Of a DNA stretch of 64,000 nucleotides, positions 42,848-55,489 are shown one piece after another. Under the pieces are notes generated by a model, which worked only from the letters and a program-made list of their open reading frames with translations, was not told where the DNA came from and searched no databases. Location of the stretch: the NCBI GenBank assembly GCA_951406725.2, contig OX597819.1:27094001-27158000 (forward strand), read 5' to 3'. The DNA comes from Octopus vulgaris (taxonomy: Eukaryota). Each line of letters opens with the position of its first letter. Within the stretch, counting starts at the first letter, position 1. The position numbers and the translations under genes were made by a program.

Positions 42848-43605
42848 GACGGCGAGCTGGCAGAAACGTTAGCACGCCGGACGAAATGCTTAGCCGTATT
42901 TCGTCTGCCGTTACGTTCTGAGTTCAAATTCCGTCGAGGTCGACTTTGCCTTTCATCCTTTCGGGGTCGATAAATTAAGTACCAGTTACGCACTGGGGTC
43001 GATATAATCGACTTAATACCTATTTCTGCCCTTGTTTGTCCCCTCTATGTTTAGCCCCTTGTGGGTAATAAAGAAATAGGTATTTCGTTTGCCGCTACGC
43101 TCTGAGTTCAAATTCCGCCGAGTTCGGCTTTGCCTATCGTCCTTTCGGGGTCGATTAAATAAGTACCAGTTACGCACTGGGATCGATGTAATCGACTTAA
43201 TCCGTTTGCCTGCCCTTGTTCATCCTCTCTGTGTTTAGCCCCTTGTTGGTAGTAAAGAAATAGGTATTTCGTCTTCCGTTACATTCTGATTTCAAATTCC
43301 GCTGAGGTCGACTTTGCCTTTCATCCTTTTGGGATCGATAAATTAAGTACCAGTTACGCACTGTAGTTGATGTAATCGACTTAATCCCTTTGTCTGTCCT
43401 TGTTTGTCCCCTCTATGTTTAGCCCCTTTTGGGCAATAAAGAAATAAGGAAACGTTAGCACGTCGAGCGAAATTCATAGTGGTCGACTTTGCCTTTCATC
43501 CTTTCCGGGCCGATAAATTAAGAACCAGTTGCGTCCTGAAGTCGATCAAATCCAGTGGCCTCCTTCCTCTAAAATTTTGGGCCACGTGCCTTGAGTAGAA
43601 AATAA
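42848..43605 (+). mobile_element. SINE family A concatemer: three 184-bp units plus a partial unit and tail
   Basis: gtatttcgt at 42896, 43080, 43264. Confidence 0.92.
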
Positions 43606-45572
43606 TATACTTTGCAGGATAATTTATTTCAGTGTTTTTCTTTCACAGGAGACTCTTTGTCGCAGCATCGGAATAACCTTCAATCATTTGTAAATATTCT
43701 GTTGAAACGTTTTATCACTTACAAATGATTAACATGAATTAACATATAATGATGGGCTCTTAACCGTTTTCTTTTGCATGAGGCGGTGAATTAAGATAGT
43801 TGTTAGAGTACTGTGTAGATTGCTTTGCGATACTAGTCACGAATCTCTGGCTGCTGGGTTCAAATCCCACCGAAGTCAATTTTGTCATAGTTTTAGGTCG
43901 ATGAAAAGAAAATCGTCCATTCCAGAGTGGTAGATTTCAAGGAATTGTTAGATCGAAGTGGGGAGATGTCTAGCGATATCTCTTCCGGCTCTTTGCGTTC
44001 TGACAGCAACCTGAGACAACGAAGGTGCCAAGTTTTATGGATCCAAGTCAGCGGCCCTTCCTCTGATTAAACATCAGCTGCATGAAGAAAGGAGACTTGC
44101 ATGCATGGAGATCTTCCAGTCTTATTCAAGAAAATCTTAATCAGGCCTGCACATGAATATGCAAATGTATGTTCATTTTTAACCGGGGAAACCTTACCTT
44201 GTCCGAATATGTATATTTTTATTACTTAGTCAAAGGAAGAGGTATAAGGCCCAGGGCCCATGAATATTTTCTGGGTTTCTGTAATCTGCTGAATGAAAAA
44301 CTTGGTTCGAAAACTTAAACGAATATGGTCTCAGCAAAACATGTCCATGGGTTAGGTGTTTTGCTGAGTGTCAAGCCTCATCCAAATATGAAACGCCGTC
44401 ATTTTTCCCATCTGCCATTGTATCTAGCTCTGCATAATCCAATGTCATTGTCCTTAAAAGACAATAATGTGTGAGTTAAGTGAGATTTTGACTACAAGCA
44501 AAGAGAATGGTCACATAGAAGCAACGGTCACTAATGGTAAAATCTGTTAGAGGCAGCTAGGCATACATTAATCAAATACTCCACTGCATGAACAGAAATG
44601 TGAGGATATAATACTATACGTATTATATGTGTAAATATAATTGGCGCTTTTCAAACGAAATGATGCGCATTTGTTTCGAAAACTATTTTATTCGAGTACT
44701 TTTTTTACTTCTTGTTTAGAAACCGAAGAGGTTGGTGGGGGTCTTCATTTTGTATTCAACGCGCTTATAGTCAAAAGTAGAACCAAAACTAAGCATAATC
44801 GGAAAATGAAGATAGATCGCAAAAGCGTGAGCCGACTACTTGGGCCACACTTTTTTTTTTCGATTTCTCAATAAAATAGTAACCAAGGAAAAAAAACAAT
44901 ATATATTGGCCCTTGAGCGCCTTCCAGATGCCTTATTAGGTGAGATCTTATGATTGCATACATCATAAAAGATAAACGTTCATTATGTCATTCATTCACC
45001 AGGGTACATGTAGTCCCAATAGGATAAAACTCCAATCTAAACTCTACTCAGTACTATCTATTTAACATTTGGCATTGGTCTCGAGAATTTACCTTACTTG
45101 CTATCCTAGAAGTGCGGTTTGACGAGGGAGCGTAGCTTGTCAGAATTTAACAAAGAATGCAGGGAGCCGGAACAAATACAGCAAATCACCAAGTCCAATT
45201 TTCTTACATTTCTGCTAATCCACCGCCCTGGAAATGTAAGTGGTACGTTTTTATCGATTCTGAAAGAATGAACGATAAAGTTGACCTCGGAGTACGTACG
45301 TACGTGCATACATACATACATACATACATACATACATACATACATACATACATACATACATACATACATACATACATACATACATACATACAGTGCGCTG
45401 AGACTGGCATTCTATTCGGCGCAGCATCGATTCGGCCAAGTCAAAGCCTTAAAAGCAATGAAGCAACGAAATATACTACGTAGATAGAAATAAATCCAAA
45501 TGAATATAATCCGCATACTTCGTTCAAATCCTAGCCACGGCTATTTGAGTTACTTTAGTTGTTCGATTAGAA

Positions 45573-45637
<65 letters not shown>

Positions 45638-46302
45638 CGTGCGCGCGTGCGTATGCGTGTGTGAGTTTTTCGTGTGAGTAGATAAAACTATGAATAATAC
45701 CATGTATGTATTGGGTTAAAAACCTCTTTGGACTGAAAAAGTTGAAGGCTGCTTATGGAACACGAACCCACATCTCTAAACATCTGTGTGTGTGTGTATA
45801 ACTTCATTTCACCAACCCACTTTCAATCATTCGTCCACAAAGCCAACATATATGATCACCCATTGCAGGATATTTCTGATCAGACAGAAAAGGTCAAGGC
45901 ACCAAAGTGTTATGCACTACAGTAGTGCGTGAGAAAAACAAATATTTGTATTCATTTTCATAATACTCATAGAGTTCCCTAATTAGGTACATTTGCCATA
46001 ACCACTGATCTAACTCTCTTCCTTACCTGACCTTTCGTTAGTGTTTCACTTCCGTACACTCCCTGACATAAGAAAAAAATATTCTTATTTCACTTCTGTG
46101 AACCATATCGAACTATCAGTTCGTTGCATTTGTCACTTCACCATCACGTCGCCTAACCACCGGATACCCTCGCAGGTGCTCGGTAGGAAAGTTTTATTTT
46201 TCTTGTGTTTACTGTATATGTTCCTGTGCAAGTGTATATATAGACAGACCGACAGACAGTGTTGCGTTTAAGTGAGTGTATATTGCTTGTCTATACATAT
46301 AC

Positions 46303-46710
46303 TCTTTTACTCTTTTACTTGTTTCGGTCATTTGACTGTGGCCATGCTGGAGCGCCGCCTTGTTTAGTCGAGCAAATCGACACCAGGACTTATTCTTTTG
46401 AAGCCTAGTACTTATTCTATCAGTCTCTTTCGCCGAACCGCTAAGTTACGGGGACGTAAACACACTAGCATCGGTTGTCAAGCGATGTTTGGGGGGGGGG
46501 ACATATACAGACACAAACATATACACACACATACATATATGTGCACATATACATATATACACCGGGCTTCTTTCAGTTTCCGTCTACCAAATCCACTCAC
46601 AAGGCTTTGGTCGGCCCGAGACTATAGTAGAAGACACCTGCCCAAGGTGCCACGCAGGGGGAATGAACCCGGAACCACTTACCACTTACCTCACAGCCAC
46701 TCCTACGCCT
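46303..46710 (-). mobile_element. SINE family B
   Basis: Similar to the other family B copies. Confidence 0.9.
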
Positions 46711-46923
46711 ATATAAATAAACTCTATAAATAAATTTCTCTACATATATACCTCACAAATGTTTATTGAACTCATCGAAGTTATCGCACGTAGAAAGAAA
46801 ATATCTTTTGTACCTGATCGCGAGTGAAAACAATTCTTGATACATACATACATACATACATACATACATACATACATACATACATACATACATACATACA
46901 TACATACATGTACATACATGCAC

Positions 46924-47011
46924 TGCTCTTTATTAGAGTGGTTTTCTTTCTCAAAGTCATACTCGTCAGTCCAATATAGTTGTGTCCGCAACCCGAGTAG
47001 GTTATTACATA
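46924..47011 (-). pseudogene. Short duplicate of the Penelope GIY-YIG segment
   Basis: Near-identical to 49497-49584 (YVITYSGCGHNYIGLT). Confidence 0.85.
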
Positions 47012-47579
47012 TACATACACAAACATCCATACACACATGTACATACATACACAAACATACATACACACAAACATGCTTATACAAACACACAAACATGCAT
47101 ACACACACACTCACATATACAAAAATACATACATACACACACACACACACACATACACACACACACACACACGTTAGTCTGTGTGTATACTGACTCTTCA
47201 AAAATCTATGGAGAAACTCCGGAGTTACAGTCAATTATTTTTGCTCAGAATCAATTTATAATCTACTGAAATGTACCGAATGATCAATCAGTTAATATTT
47301 GTCTTTTATTAATATTGTACTTCATACACTCATAAAGTCATATATACGCATAATAATTAGAAACTGAAATTTCAAATTTAATAAAAGAAAAAAGAAGGGA
47401 AAATATGCAAAATCAAACCTTTAGTAATGAGAACAATCGCTATTTAAACTAATTCCAGTCTTGAAGGTTATGGGCGACAAACCCGAAATTGTAATTTAAA
47501 AAAAAAATATTAAATGCAATGTGAGGACAGGGTGTTTCTAATTTTTACTAATACTCAAGAATCTTCAGTGAAACGGCAT

Positions 47580-47730
47580 TTTGTTTTAGTCGAGTGAATC
47601 ACCCCCAGGACTTATTCTTTGTAAGCCTAGTATTTATTCTATCGGTCACATTTGCCGAACCGCTAATTTTACAGGGACGTAAACGCACCAACACCGGTTG
47701 GCAAGCGATGATGGGGAGACACGGACACCA

Positions 47731-47763
<33 letters not shown>

Positions 47764-47913
47764 CGGCGGGCTTCTTTCAGTTTCCGCCTACCTAAACCAA
47801 ATACGTCGGCCCGGGGCTATAGTAGAAGACAATTGCTCAAGGTGCCACGCAGTGGGACTGAAACCGGAACCATGTAGTTGGAAAGCAAGCTACTAACAAC
47901 ACAGCCCCTCCTA
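47580..47913 (-). mobile_element. SINE family B, diverged
   Basis: Similar to the other family B copies. Confidence 0.82.
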
Positions 47914-48289
47914 TATGTATATATATACATATATATATACACGCACACATATATATATATATATATGTACATTTAGATATATACACACATATACACACAC
48001 ATACATACATTTACATATATGGACGTATGAATACACATATATATACATTTACATACATTTGCATATATACACATGTATATATACATTTACATATATATGC
48101 ATTTACATATATATATATATATATATACATATATAAATTTACACATTTACACATATATACACATATATACATATTTACATTTACTTATATATGCACATAT
48201 ATATACATATATACATTTACATATACATGCACATATATACAAATACATATATATACACATATATACATGTACATATATATACATATACA

Positions 48290-48781
48290 TGCTTTCATGT
48301 TTGGATTAACGTTATATACCGCACGCTCACACGGACCCCGGCCTTCTGAGTGCCTTGGATAACCAATTCCTGGATTTTTACCCCTACGGATTACTGTTAC
48401 CATTCTTCCGGAGTACGCCGCTGTAATCGTGATTGGAAATCAAAAAAATTTATCCGTGACTCTTCCACTTTTTCCTCGTCCTCTTTTACCTTTCTTCTTC
48501 TACTTCCACTTTTCCACTTGTGTCGCCACCACTTACACCTACACAGACATTCACTACTTTTCAACATATCTGATTCAAAATGTGACCGCGTGTGTACCGT
48601 TAGCGATTTTTCTCCTCTGTCTTCCCTTCTCTGGATCTTTCTTTCTATGTTTCCGACGAAGAGCTCCGCTCGAAACGTTAAACCCTCCTGCTCTCCTTAT
48701 TTCCTGAGCGTCCAATAATACTATATTTGTTCCACATCCTCGCGTTGTTGTGTTTTTTTGTGCTTTCATGTTTGGATTAAC
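48290..48781 (+). mobile_element. Penelope-like non-autonomous element with 21-bp terminal direct repeat and HHR (48649-48683)
   Basis: tgctttcatgtttggattaac at 48290-48310 and 48761-48781; GTTT-CCGACGA-AGAGC-TCC-GCTC-GAAACGTT-AAAC. Confidence 0.75.
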
Positions 48782-48799
48782 TTTATATATATATATACA

Positions 48800-48870
<71 letters not shown>

Positions 48871-48879
48871 ACATACAGT

Positions 48880-49720
48880 AGTAACAGAGAGTAGGAATTT
48901 CGATTATCCCCACGTCATGAGTTGTAATATATATAAGAAATTAAAAAAAGAAAATATACACACTTTATATAGTTTTACTATGATTTTTAATATATCGACC
49001 GGTTTCGCTTTTGCTAGTCATAATATTACGGTTTACTTATTTGAATATGTATTTTCGTAAGAAGAAATTTTGTCCATGCGTGTGACGATATTTACTAGTG
49101 AATGACTTCGCAAGTAGAAAAATAAGGGGAGGTAATTGGTTATCGTTATTACTGTTGTGAGTAAGGGAGATAACTGTTCAGCTTTCGGTAAGGGGAGGGG
49201 AATATATATGTACAGACAAAAAATGTTTCGAAAAACGTGTTTAGTACGGAGATTTATGTACAGTGATGTAATCGTGAATTGAAATATTAAAAAAGATAAA
49301 AGTTGGTTATGTGTGCATATTAGGATATCTTCTGTATTTTTCAAAGAAAAAAGTTTCTTTATTTAAACGTTCTTGTGAAGAGATTGTGTCTTTGCACTGG
49401 TAGAAGGGGAAGACTGTGAAATTTGGTTTGATGTTATCTGCACGTTTTTCTATATGTTCACTGAGAGGGATTTGTCTCTCTTGCGGGAAACGGATTTGCT
49501 CTTTATTAGAGTGGTTTTCTTTCTCAAAGTCATACTCGTCTGTCCAATATAGTTGTGTCCGCAACCCGAGTGGGTTATTACATAAATTAGGTTCTCAGGG
49601 GCACAAGTGAAACTAGTTTTTATTGTGAACCTCTGTTCTTGTTTGAAAAGTAAGTTGGGGCAGGTTCCACAGTTTGGGCGTCCCAACCTACTTCAAGGCT
49701 CGGATTTCCTTTTAAAACAT
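48880..49720 (-). mobile_element. 5'-truncated Penelope-like retroelement: GIY-YIG endonuclease pseudogene plus 3' region
   Basis: GRPNCGTCP...[26 protein letters not shown], frameshift, LSEHIEK...ERLNKETFFFEKY; GAAACCGGTC HHR-like remnant near 48993-49025. Confidence 0.88.
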
Positions 49721-50239
49721 TTACATATATATACATGTGTATATATATGTAAATGTTTTAAAAGGAAATCCGAGCCTTTTAAATCCGTGTATATACATAT
49801 ATATACACACATGTACATATATATATATATACACAAATATATATACATATATACATTTACATATATATACACGCATATATACATACATTTATATATATAT
49901 ATATATACACAAATATATATACATATACACATTTACATATATATACACGCATATATACATACATTTACATGTATATATACACATATATATACATATATAC
50001 ATTTACATATATATATATATATTTACATATATATACACACATATATATACATAAATACACATACCTATATAAATACATATATACATTTACATATATATAC
50101 ACACATATATATATATACATAGGCTAAAATATATGCGTCACTAACGTGAACAAGAGCACTAATCAGCACCAGTATTTCTAGAAATAAGGGTCAAGACATC
50201 TCAGCGACCATAAGGAGATTGTCTAAGTTATTAAGATAA

Positions 50240-50307
<68 letters not shown>

Positions 50308-51019
50308 TATGACACCAATAGATTAAATACCAGGGCTTAAAGATAATAGTTCTGCGGTCGATTCGTACGACAAAAACTTTTGAAAGCGCTACTCCAGCAT
50401 TGCCGCAGTCTAATTACTGAAGCAAGACAAGACAAATGTGTGTGCGGCTGAATGGTTAAAATGTCCGCCTTGTAGCCATGTTATTTCGGGTTCACTCCTA
50501 CTCTACAGGGGGGCTAAGTTCGAAAAATGGTGCTTTTTAATATGTCAACCAATATCTTGTGAGTGAATTTAGGAGATGGAAAGTGCCTTCGTGCGTGTGT
50601 TTGTGTATAAACGTTGTCTTTCACCGCTTTACAACCCGCATTACTTCCTTTACGTTCTCGTTACTTGAGGTTACGTTTACTTAATCTGGTCGTGTATGAT
50701 TTGTAGGACATTTTAGCTGTTGTTTCTCTTTGGTTGAAGCGACAACGTATAGGCTACCCTGTTGACTATTCGTTATTTTGATTGAAGCTTGACCAAACAT
50801 CTGTTAAGTTCGCAGTAGCATAGTTATTTTAGATGTTCATTTGTAGCCGAATAGCGGGGAGCAAAGACGGGAAATTCGCTATGATTAATTATCTTATGTT
50901 TATGTTTGGGAACCAAAGTTGTTGTTGTTACTGATGTTTAGCCCTAGGCCAGTGCTGGCTGAGCAAACAAACATTTAAAAGATGTTTCAAACATCTTTAT
51001 TTAAGGCACAATGTAGTCA

Positions 51020-51150
51020 GACTGCATTATTCTAGATACACAGAATTTACTTTCACATTTAAGACAATAGAATCGACTTACTCGAGCGGTTCGCCACAAA
51101 GGGTTTTTTTTTAAATTACAATAATTGCGTCTACATGCGTCACAGGTTTT
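51020..51150 (-). pseudogene. Possible piggyBac C-terminal cysteine-rich domain remnant
   Basis: TCDACRR...VSRFYCLKCESKFCV fits CxxC...YCxxCxxxxC spacing. Confidence 0.5.
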
Positions 51151-51228
51151 TAAAATGTGATCTAAGTATTTAGGAAACCCCATACTAATTCTGGAGCAAC
51201 TTTTATGTCCCAATATTTGAGTGAGTTA

Positions 51229-51725
51229 AGGCGGTGAGCTGGCAGAAACTTTAGCACGCTGATGTCGACTTTACTCTTCATATTTTCGGGGTCGATAAAT
51301 TAAGTACCAGTTGCATAGTGGGGTCGATCTAATCGACTTGCCCCCTCCCGCAAAATTTCGGGCCTTGAGCCTAGTGCAGAAAAGAATATTTGAGTGAGTT
51401 GGCAGAGTCGTTAGCATGCCAGGCAAAATGCTTAGTAGCATTTCGTCAATCTTCGCATTTAAATTCCGCTGAGGCCGACTTTACTGTTCATCCTTCGACT
51501 CGATAAAATAAGGATTATTTGAATATCGGGGTCGATCTAATCGACTTATTTTCTCCATCGAATTTCTGACCTTGTGCCAAAAAATTTTTAATCGATATTT
51601 GAGCATATAAAATTCCACCGAGATCGACTTTCTCTTTCATCTTCCCGGGGTCGATAAAGTAAGTACTAGATGAGTACTGAGATTGATGCAATCGACTATG
51701 GCCCCTCCCTAAAATTACTAGCCTT
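51229..51725 (+). mobile_element. Three diverged SINE family A fragments
   Basis: ggcggtgagctggcagaa head and ggggtcgataaa core. Confidence 0.8.
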
Positions 51726-52016
51726 GAACTAGCTAGCGAGAGAGAGAGAGAGAGAGAGAGAGATGCGAAGTGCCGCCACAGAGTACCCAAATCCCATCCA
51801 CAAGACATTCAGCAATTCGAGATTTCATTAGTAAACATTTTGAATGCTGCTGGACAGTATTTTAAAACTCGGGGGGTCAGGATAAAGATTTATAGATGAA
51901 CATGTGAAACGTTGAGTTGCATGGAGCGGAGTCAAATTGTTATTAAATAATATAAGATTACATGTAGGTTGGTTTCAGTTTAGTTGATAATTCAATGATA
52001 TTCAGAAGTATTCATA

Positions 52017-52254
52017 CGGCGGCGAGCTGGCAGAATCGTTAGCACGCCGGGCGAAATGCGTAGGCGTATTTCGTCTGCCGTTACGTTCTGAGTTCAAATT
52101 CCGCCGAGGTCGCCTTTACCTTTCATCCCTTCGGGGTCGATAAATTAAGTACCAGTTACGCACTGGGGTCGATATAATCGACTTAATCCGTTTGTCTGTC
52201 CTTGTTTGTCTTCTCTCTGTTTAACCTCTTGTGGGTAGTAAAGAAATAGGTATT
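52017..52254 (+). mobile_element. SINE family A
   Basis: Near-consensus copy. Confidence 0.92.
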
Positions 52255-52630
52255 CAGAAGTATTCTCTTTTAAAAATTGTAATTTATATGCTTCAAATAA
52301 TTTCATTCTCTTCTTTGCATATTCTTCTATAATTTTTGTAAGTGTTTAAGTCGTACTTCAGTATGGCTTCACAAGGAGTAAATCGTAGAAGCGAATGTTT
52401 TGTTGTTCAAATTTCTACTTCTGGTCTTAAAAGGGATCATATCGCCTCAAAGACTATAAGTCATTAGCTCACGTTTCATTAGTTACTTTCAAATATACTC
52501 TTTGAACCTTGGGGTTGCTTAGGGACCATACTGTAAACAATCAATGAATTCCAGGTTCACCAATTATATTTTTAAGTGTTGCTGCTTTGAACCAAAATCC
52601 TCCTTCCGTCAATAGAAACTTCGGCAACTA

Positions 52631-53030
52631 TGACGAGCTGGCACAAACGTTAGCACGCCGGGCGAAATGCTTAGCGGCATTTCGTCTGCCGCTACGTTCT
52701 GAGTTCAAATTCCGCCGAGGTCGACTTTGCCTTTTATCCTTTCGGGGTCGACTAAATAAGTACCAGTTACGCACTGGGATCGATATAATCGACTTAATCC
52801 GTTTGTCTGTCCTTGTTTGTCTCCTATGTGTTTAGACCCTTGTGGGTAGTAAAGAAATAGGTATCTCGCCTGTCGCTACACTCTGAGTTCAAATTCCGCC
52901 GAGGTCGACTTTGCCTTCCATCCTTTCGGGATCGATAAATTAAGTACCAGTGAAACACCGGGGTCGATGAAATCGACTTAATCCCTCCCCACGAATTTCA
53001 GGCCTTGTGCCTATAGTAGACAGGATTATA
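52631..53030 (+). mobile_element. SINE family A with two internal units
   Basis: Duplicated B-box/core unit. Confidence 0.9.
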
Positions 53031-53770
53031 CATTCTACTATACTATATTTAGGTTGGTAATAATAACTGGTGGAAAACATTCGTGTGTAACAAGAGAGGG
53101 GGAGAGTGTAGCGTTTCGAACAGATGCATAAGTAAGATTAGAATCTATAAGGCGGCTAGCTCGATATGCTTAAAATAGCAGCTAAGTCTCTCTTAACTCA
53201 TATACTATTGACTTAAAAGAAGAAGGGTAACTCGGACAGTATCGTCGTCGATAAACTGTGATTAAATAAATAAACTATCTTCATCACGATTTGTAAGTTT
53301 ACTCGGTCAGGAGTAACCACCCGGTGCTAAACAACAGCTGTGTGTACATATTTACATACATGTATAAACACACACATATAAGTGGAGGAGAGTATAACTT
53401 GAGGGAATAGTAATAATCATTAGTACAAGGGTGACTTTGACACACTAGTATATGTATTAAGTAGACATAAGTGTACACACACATACACGCTCGGGGGAGG
53501 GAGTCCTTGTACATACAAACAGGAAGATATGGTTAGGTAAACTAGGTGCAACTGAGGTAGAAAGAAAATAAAGATCTTAAGAGTGCTGGTAAAAGTGGAA
53601 GCGGGATGTTTGTAATACGTAGCTGTTTAGTGGTATGAAAACTAGTCAGCAACAAGTGACGACCAGCGCCCTTCTGCGTGCATCTGAGTTAAAACCCAAC
53701 ATCAGGAGGTCAAAAAGGGGAAGCTGATGAGATGGCGGTGGGGGGAGCAATCAGAAGTGCTGTACCAAGG

Positions 53771-54352
53771 GTAGCGAGCTGGCAGAAACGTTAGCACGCC
53801 GGGCGAAATGCGTAGCAGTATTTCGTCTGCAGTTACGTTCTGAGTTCAAATTCCGCCGAGGTCAACTTTGCCTTTCATCCTTTCGGGGTCGATTAAATAA
53901 GTACCAGCTACGCACTGGGGTCGATATAATCCATTTATTCCGTTTGTCTGTCCTTGTTTGTCCCCTCTGTGTGTAACCCCTTGTGAGTAGTAAAGAAATA
54001 GGTATTTCGTCTGCCGTTACGTTCTGAGTTCAAATTCCGCCGAGGTCGACTTTGCCTTTCATCCTTTCGGGGTCGATAAATATAGTACCAGTTACGCACT
54101 GGAGTCGATATAATCGACTTAATCCATCTGTCTGTCGTAGTTTGTCTCCTCTGTGTTTAACCCCTTGTGGGTAGTAATGAAATAGGTATTTCGCCCGTTG
54201 CTACATTGTGAGTTCAAATTCCGCCGTGGTCGACTTTACCTTTCATCCTTTCGGGGTTGATAAATTAAGTACCAGTGAAATGCTGGGGTTGATGTAATTG
54301 ACTTGTCCTCTCCCCGAAAATCCAGGCCTTGTGCTTTTAGCAGAAAGGATTA
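53771..54352 (+). mobile_element. SINE family A concatemer, three 184-bp units
   Basis: gtatttcg at 53818, 54002, 54186. Confidence 0.92.
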
Positions 54353-54378
54353 TATTTAATGAAATCTATGGTCTGAGG

Positions 54379-54567
54379 TAGTGCTCTGCAACCGGTATAC
54401 CGCGGCACAGTGGTGTGTCATGAGACGGCCATAGGTGTGCCGCAGTGTAACCTGGATATAATTTGTTTCCTACGCTTTTAGTTGTATTTTTAGTTCAGGT
54501 GTGCCGCCGAATTCTGAAAGGAATATAAGTGTGCCGCAAGTGAAAAAAAAAAGGTTGCAGAACACTG
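54379..54567. mobile_element. hAT-type MITE
   Basis: TIRs tagtgctctgcaacc / ggttgcagaacactg; imperfect 8-bp flanks gtctgagg / gtctaaga. Confidence 0.72.
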
Positions 54568-55009
54568 GTCTAAGATAACACCACAAGCCGTGAAGTGATC
54601 TGAATGGTTTGATAAACTGGATTGTTTGACTACCAGAAACGATCGTGGGGCGATCACCCAAAAGTTGCCTCGTTTCGCTTTTATACTGCACATTAAAGGA
54701 GTCCTCAGCTCAATGAGATAGCGTCTATGTGATGATCAACCCTGCAAGAAATAGCAGCAAAATTTCTCAAAAGTCATACCTGGTGTCTATAATAGAGACG
54801 TGATAGTGGTAACTGAAACGTCTTTTATCATAAGTTTGCTCCGATCTGGCCTGAGGCTAAAAAAACAATATTGAACAGCTTGCAAGCAATGGAGTAAATG
54901 TCTAACTTCGTAACCACTTTAATACAACAGACCCATGAGCTGAAGTGTACCAGCATTGGATTTTGTGAATCTGTTATTACATTATTGGTATTTAGCTTTA
55001 GATAATACA

Positions 55010-55171
55010 TTTTATCGACCCTAGTGCGTAACTGGTACTTATTTAATCGACCCCGAAAGGATGAAAGGCAAAGTCGACCCCGGCGGAATTTGAACTCAGA
55101 ACGTAACGGCAGACGAAATACTGCTAAGCATTTCGCCCGGCGCGCTAACGATTCTGCCAGCTCGCCACCTT
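55010..55171 (-). mobile_element. SINE family A, 3'-truncated
   Basis: Similar to the other family A copies. Confidence 0.9.
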
Positions 55172-55182
55172 AAAAGAGTGAG

Positions 55183-55301
55183 ATGCTTACAGCACTAGAT
55201 TTCCCAAGTGGTCACTCATCAAAGTACTCACTAGCCTCGACGTTGCTTAACTTCGGTGACAGGACGAGAACCGGTGCATTCAACATGATATGGCCGTAAG
55301 C
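55183..55301 (-). rRNA. Dispersed full-length 5S rRNA copy (variant or pseudogene)
   Basis: Minus: gcttacggccatatcatgttgaatgcaccggttctcgtc...ccgaagttaagcaac...agtact..gatgagtgaccacttgggaa...gtgctgtaagcat; 119 nt; terminal stem gcttac/gtaagc; TTTT at 55172-55175. Confidence 0.9.
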
Positions 55302-55314
55302 AATAATAATAATA

Positions 55315-55488
55315 ATGGTTTCAAATTTTGCCACAATTTTTGGCGAGAGAGGATGAATCGATTACATCGACCCCAGTGTTCAACTGGTACTTATTTTATC
55401 GACCGCGAAAGGATGAAATGTAAAGTCGACTCGATGGAATTTGAACTCAGAACGTAGTGACGGATGAAATAGCGCTAAGCATTTCACC
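55315..55488 (-). mobile_element. SINE family A, diverged
   Basis: Similar to the other family A copies. Confidence 0.82.
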
Positions 55489-55489
55489 A

